64,000 bases of DNA. Source: the human T2T-CHM13v2.0 reference genome, Homo sapiens. Positions 59,446-64,000 of this stretch are shown here, piece after piece. Position 1 is the first letter of the stretch, and every line of letters starts with the position of its first letter. Under the pieces are notes generated by a model that was not told the origin of the DNA, made no database searches, and saw only the letters and a program-made list of their open reading frames with translations. The stretch lies in assembly GCF_009914755.1 (NCBI RefSeq), contig NC_060927.1; one strand, 5' to 3'. The position numbers and the translations under genes were made by a program.

Positions 59446-62419
59446 GGCTACCATAGCTGAAGGATGATGAGGGCTTGAATTAAGCAAAGAGCGGGAGACA
59501 AGGGAAGCAGGCTAGAGATACATTCAAAGGATGTGAAGACTAAATAGAAAAGACATTGGAGAATTCCAGCATAGTGTACAGGTTACTGATTTGGGAGACT
59601 AGGAGATGGCAGTGCCATTCACCAAGTAAAGCAACAGAGGAGAAGGAGGATTTGGGGAAAAAAATGATAGGCTCAGACTTGCACAGGCTAAACGTGAAAC
59701 AAACATGTAGGGATGAGAAGTAGGATGTTGGACATACCAACTAGAGCTCAGAAGACTGGCCTACGCTGGACATACATACTTGGAAAAATGGGTTTTGTCA
59801 TTTTGTGCTCAGCACATGAATCGTCTTCATATTAGGGGAAAATAAAAGATGAGTAAAGGCAGGGCCCCTTCCTCCCTTGAGAGAAATCAACAGGGGATCA
59901 GATTCCCTGTCCCAACTCATTAGCAGGCAGGGCATAATCATGTAACCTGGACTTGACCAATCAGATGCCTCCATCAGAATTTTCATATATTGAGAGAACG
60001 AAACACAGAGCCAAAGGGCAGTCTGATTATTCTGGGTGGATATGGCCAAATTGAGAGCCCTGTGTTTCTGGGGCGATGGCAGCAGCAATAATGTTCTCCC
60101 TTCTATAGTTCCCAATAGGTCAAACTTTAGGGGAGGGACCAAGAATCCATGCTAGTTTACCATCATATAGGAAATACAAGGCAAACTCTTTTTTTTTTTT
60201 TAAAAAAAGGATCAACATTCTATTTCCTAACCTGGGAAGTAGGTTCATGACTATTTTAGTTTTTGTTTGTTTTATATTAAGTATTCCTATGCATTTTAAA
60301 CACCCTCTTGTATGCATATTTCACAATAAAAAATTTAAAACAGAGAAACATGTTTTTTCAATAGAGGTAACAAAGGAGAAATTATGTTCAAGAGTGAAAA
60401 ATCCTTTTCGCTATCTGGGATATGCTCTCTGGGATTTGTTTTGAAATAAGGGAGAAAAATGAAGAAGACTCATAAAATGTTGATAATTGCTGAGTGACAG
60501 ATATGGTGGCCTTTTGGGATAGTCTGTCTAAATTTTTTAATGTTTGAAAATTTCCCTAATTTTAAAGTATCTTGAGTAGGCCAGTGTGATAGGGAGTGGA
60601 GGATGAATTAGAAGAGGGAAGACACAGAGGCAGAAAGTGTATCCAGGGATCAGGAAGGAAGATTAATTTAGGGAATAATCCAAGGGAACCCAATGCCTCA
60701 CACATTAAATATGACCCATATTAGTTGATTGACCTTAATTCAGAAAACTGGCAACTGACTGGAAACAGGACTAAACTTTGTTTAATCAGAAAACTAAAGC
60801 CTTGGAAATATCTGAAGATTTGAGTCACCAATAGCCCCCAGATTCTTTCTTTTCTGGTAATTCAGATGCCTCAGATCTCAGATTCCCCACTCACCTGTAT
60901 GCCACTAACAGCTCACATTTTGCTTTGGTAAACTATGAACATTTTCTTCTCCTTGGTAGCAATTATCATTCTTGATATTAGTAATTACACTTTTCTGCTC
61001 CTAAGGCTGAGAAAAGCATTTCCCCCAAGTAAATTCCCAGTCTTGTCATTAATCTTGGATGGCCAGGATTTTAAGGTGCCACTTTATTACCTTGCTCCTC
61101 AAGCTTTACAGAACCATCTCCACCCCCACTCCTACCCACATCCCTAAGAAGAGGAACATGGAATATGTTTCCAAAGGGCTGTCTGGAGAGGATTTGAGTG
61201 ACACTATCCTGGGCCACTAAAAAGAGCCAGCTCCCAAGGAGGGAATGAAGTCTCTGCTTTTCCAGGGTTTCCTTCCCTTCTATTCAGTCTGAAAAGTCTG
61301 GGACACACTGCATTATACAGCTTTATTCACCATTTTATCCCAGCATCCTATCGGGAATTTGATCAAAAAAGAATCCCAGAATATAAACCAGCCACACCTG
61401 CAAATTTTATTACAAGCTTGTTGTTTGTTTGTTTGATTCAGATGGGGGAAGAATGGTGGAAAATTAAGAGCTACGGGAAGATTGTCCTCACAGCTCAGCT
61501 CCTCTGCTGTGGGCTTCTTTCCAGTTGGTGCAACAGGAGATCTGGGGCCTGTGTTTGCTTTTCTTGGCATTCACAGAGGTGGTGTCTGTAGCTGAAGACA
61601 CTGGGGTTGTTGCCAGAAGCCCTGCTGGAGCTGGGACTGTGTGCGTCCAGGTTCCAAGATCTCATCTGCTCACAGCGATGGGGAACATTTTGATCTTGGC
61701 AAAAGCTCTCATGCCGGCACTCCATGTCCACTCGATTCTTTTCCCTACTTTTCTGACCCCAAGCAGAGAGCAGAGTGACCTCTGGACACATGCAGCTGGG
61801 CAGCACCACTGTCTCCGGAATTCCTCATATCTCCCTGGGGAACTTGAAACAGTGGACGCAAACATGAATACAGACTGCTAGTGACCTGGTAGCACGTTCA
61901 CAACAGGCCCCGTGAGAAGAGAAGAGCAAGCCTTCCTTCCCCAGTGGCTGGTTCCACTGTCATGCCTGCTTCAGACACCAGGGAAGTAAATGTTTCAGCC
62001 ATGTAAAATTAGCACAGTCTGAACACAGTTAGAAAACCAAATGCATTCTCTGTAAGTGGGAGATGTGACCCCCTTCTTTAGGCTGTTGCTAATCATTAAC
62101 ATCAGGGTGGGTGTTCTCGAACAGTGCCTGAGCCAGGCCCCAGCTATCATTTCGAGCCCTTTGGAACTGCGGATGTGTCGGCCTATAAAGTCTTCCAAAA
62201 CTCAGGTCCTCATTTATCACTCCACCCTTGACCTCCTATTTGTGAGACCCTCCAGCCCATTTCCCGCAACTGTTACCTCATTCCTCCACATCCCAGCAGC
62301 ACCTCACACGCTCTCACATCCATGCACTTCAGTTCCACCCTCCCCTATATGCAAAGGAAGCAATCAGCTCCTCCTCCACTTCTGAACCGGTGTTTCTCAA
62401 CTTCCAATCCACAGACAGG

Positions 62420-62700
62420 AGAGGCAAAATCAAACCACCATACCACAGGTTCTCTGTTATAAGTGAGAGCTAAAGAATGGGTACACATGGACATATAGAG
62501 AGAAATAATAGACACAGGGGACTTCTAAAGCGGGGAGGGTGGCAGGGAGATGAGGTTTGAAAAATTGCCTATTGGGTACACTGTTTACTAATTCAGGTGA
62601 ATGGCACACTAGAAGCTCAGACTTCATTCACCATTACACAACATATCCATGTAACAAATCTGCCTATGTACCTCTCAAAACTATACCGATTTTAAAAGTT
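62420..62700 (+). mobile_element. L1PB-type 3'-end fragment
   Basis: ATAAGTGAGAGCTAAAGAATGGGTACACATGGACATA...TTGAAAAATTGCCTATTGGGTAC...CCATGTAACAAA resembles the L1PB4 3'UTR. Confidence 0.7.
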
Positions 62701-63324
62701 TTTAAACCAAACTACTATAATAAATTCATTCCCCCACCCATTTCCTCCACCACACAACAGCATTTCCAGCTCTTCTTTCCCAAACTTTTAAACTTTATCT
62801 GGATACAAAATAGAGAGTTTAGAGGTTTTGGTTAATGATGTGGTTTTAGTTGAGAAACAGTCTTCATTTATGTGATATAATTTTTAAAGTAATATTTATT
62901 GAGCTTTAATATGTACTAGGTACCTGATGAAGTATTATCCTATTCAATCTTTACAACCACCTTTCTGCAGATAAAGAAATCGTCCAGAGAGATTAATTTG
63001 CCAAAGGTGATACAACTATAAAATGGTAGAGCTAGAATTTAAACTTAAGGCAAATTAAGTTCTGAAAACAATCCGGAGCCTAGAGTCCATGCTTTTAATC
63101 ACACTATATATCATTTCCCAATCCCTAACAGCACCCCTCTTTTAAAATTTCTTGCCCTCTTTTTGTACTGCCCCTTGCCAAGATCATGATTCCCTACCAA
63201 CTTCAAGGAAAGTTTGCCATATTACTCCATGATGCTAACCAAAACCTACCCCTCCATCTTTTTCTCTGCTATCACCCTAGGGCTCTACCCAGGTTAATTA
63301 CTCTGAGAACTCTTTAATACCCTT

Positions 63325-64000
63325 GTATCAGTCAGGATGCTTTTGGCTACAAGAATCTAAACTCCCAACTTAGGCTAACTTCACTGATAAGGACATTTAG
63401 TTTACATAACAGGAATTGTTAAGGATAAATCAGAATTCGTGGCTACATGACTGAGCAGCTCCACAATGCCATCAACAATTCAAGGATCAAGGTTGTTGCT
63501 GTCTCCCTGCTCTGTAAACTTAATCCTACAGCTGGTTCCCCTCAAGAGTTGAGGGCGGCTGCCAGAAGCAACTTGCTCCACGTTCTTCCTTGCTATTGTG
63601 CCTGAGTGGTAAGGGGTCGGGGGGACTCTCCTCCAACTATGTCTGATTGGACCATATGCCCAACCCTGCCAGTAACAGGGGAATGTACAACATGATGGAT
63701 TTAATCCCAAATTCCTGAGCAGTTATCTGACAGCCTGTAGCTGCCAGCTCCTTCAGAGACTGCCTCAGCAAAGAGCATAAACTTTTCATGTAGCATCAAG
63801 CCAATGATTAAGCAAGATGGTGGTTCTAGGGCCCAGCCATTTCCACCCAGTGCAAGACTCCTCTAGTTGGCATTCATTGCCCTGGAGCTCCTAACTGGAA
63901 AGGCAAAGAGTTTGTCAGATCTGCCTCATGGTCTGTTGGCTCTTCCTGTGCAATCCTTCTTCCTCCTCTTTTCCTTTCACTGGTGTTACTCCTTAATAAG
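63325..64000 (-). mobile_element. MLT1-type and LTR16-type relics
   Basis: TGTATCAGTCAGGATGCTTTTGGCTACAAG (MLT1 end) and CTGCCAGCTCCTTCAG..TGCCTCAGC (LTR16-like). Confidence 0.5.

Overview
Human (or great-ape) genomic DNA around the distal MDS1 promoter of MECOM (MDS1-EVI1/PRDM3; 3q26.2 in human). The only host coding sequence is the 37-nt coding part of exon 1 on the minus strand (25335-25299, MRSKGRARKLAT, phase-1 GTAGGT donor). It follows a GA-microsatellite-rich 5'UTR and lies in a cluster of CpG islands (about 20.4-31.5 kb). Positions 1-25298 are intron 1; positions above about 25.75 kb are upstream DNA rich in repeats (Alu, L1, L2, MIR, MaLR LTRs, hAT/mariner relics). Most long ORFs in the track come from L1, Alu, or GC/purine-biased sequence. 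I see no wholly new system that the sequence alone proves. The best leads are: (1) a full-length, retrotransposition-dead L1PA2 about 16 kb upstream, whose antisense promoter and intact 71-aa ORF0 face MECOM and whose ORF0 donor SD1 has the same phase as the MECOM exon-1 donor; (2) a 4-codon uORF in frame with the MECOM start that, from memory, has a counterpart in the paralog PRDM16; (3) three non-tandem local duplications, two interrupting ancient repeats and one with fold-back junction signatures; (4) an apparent Alu-Alu recombination chimera; (5) nested Alu and L1 insertions at one target site. Subfamily names for old repeats were assigned by eye and their boundaries are approximate.
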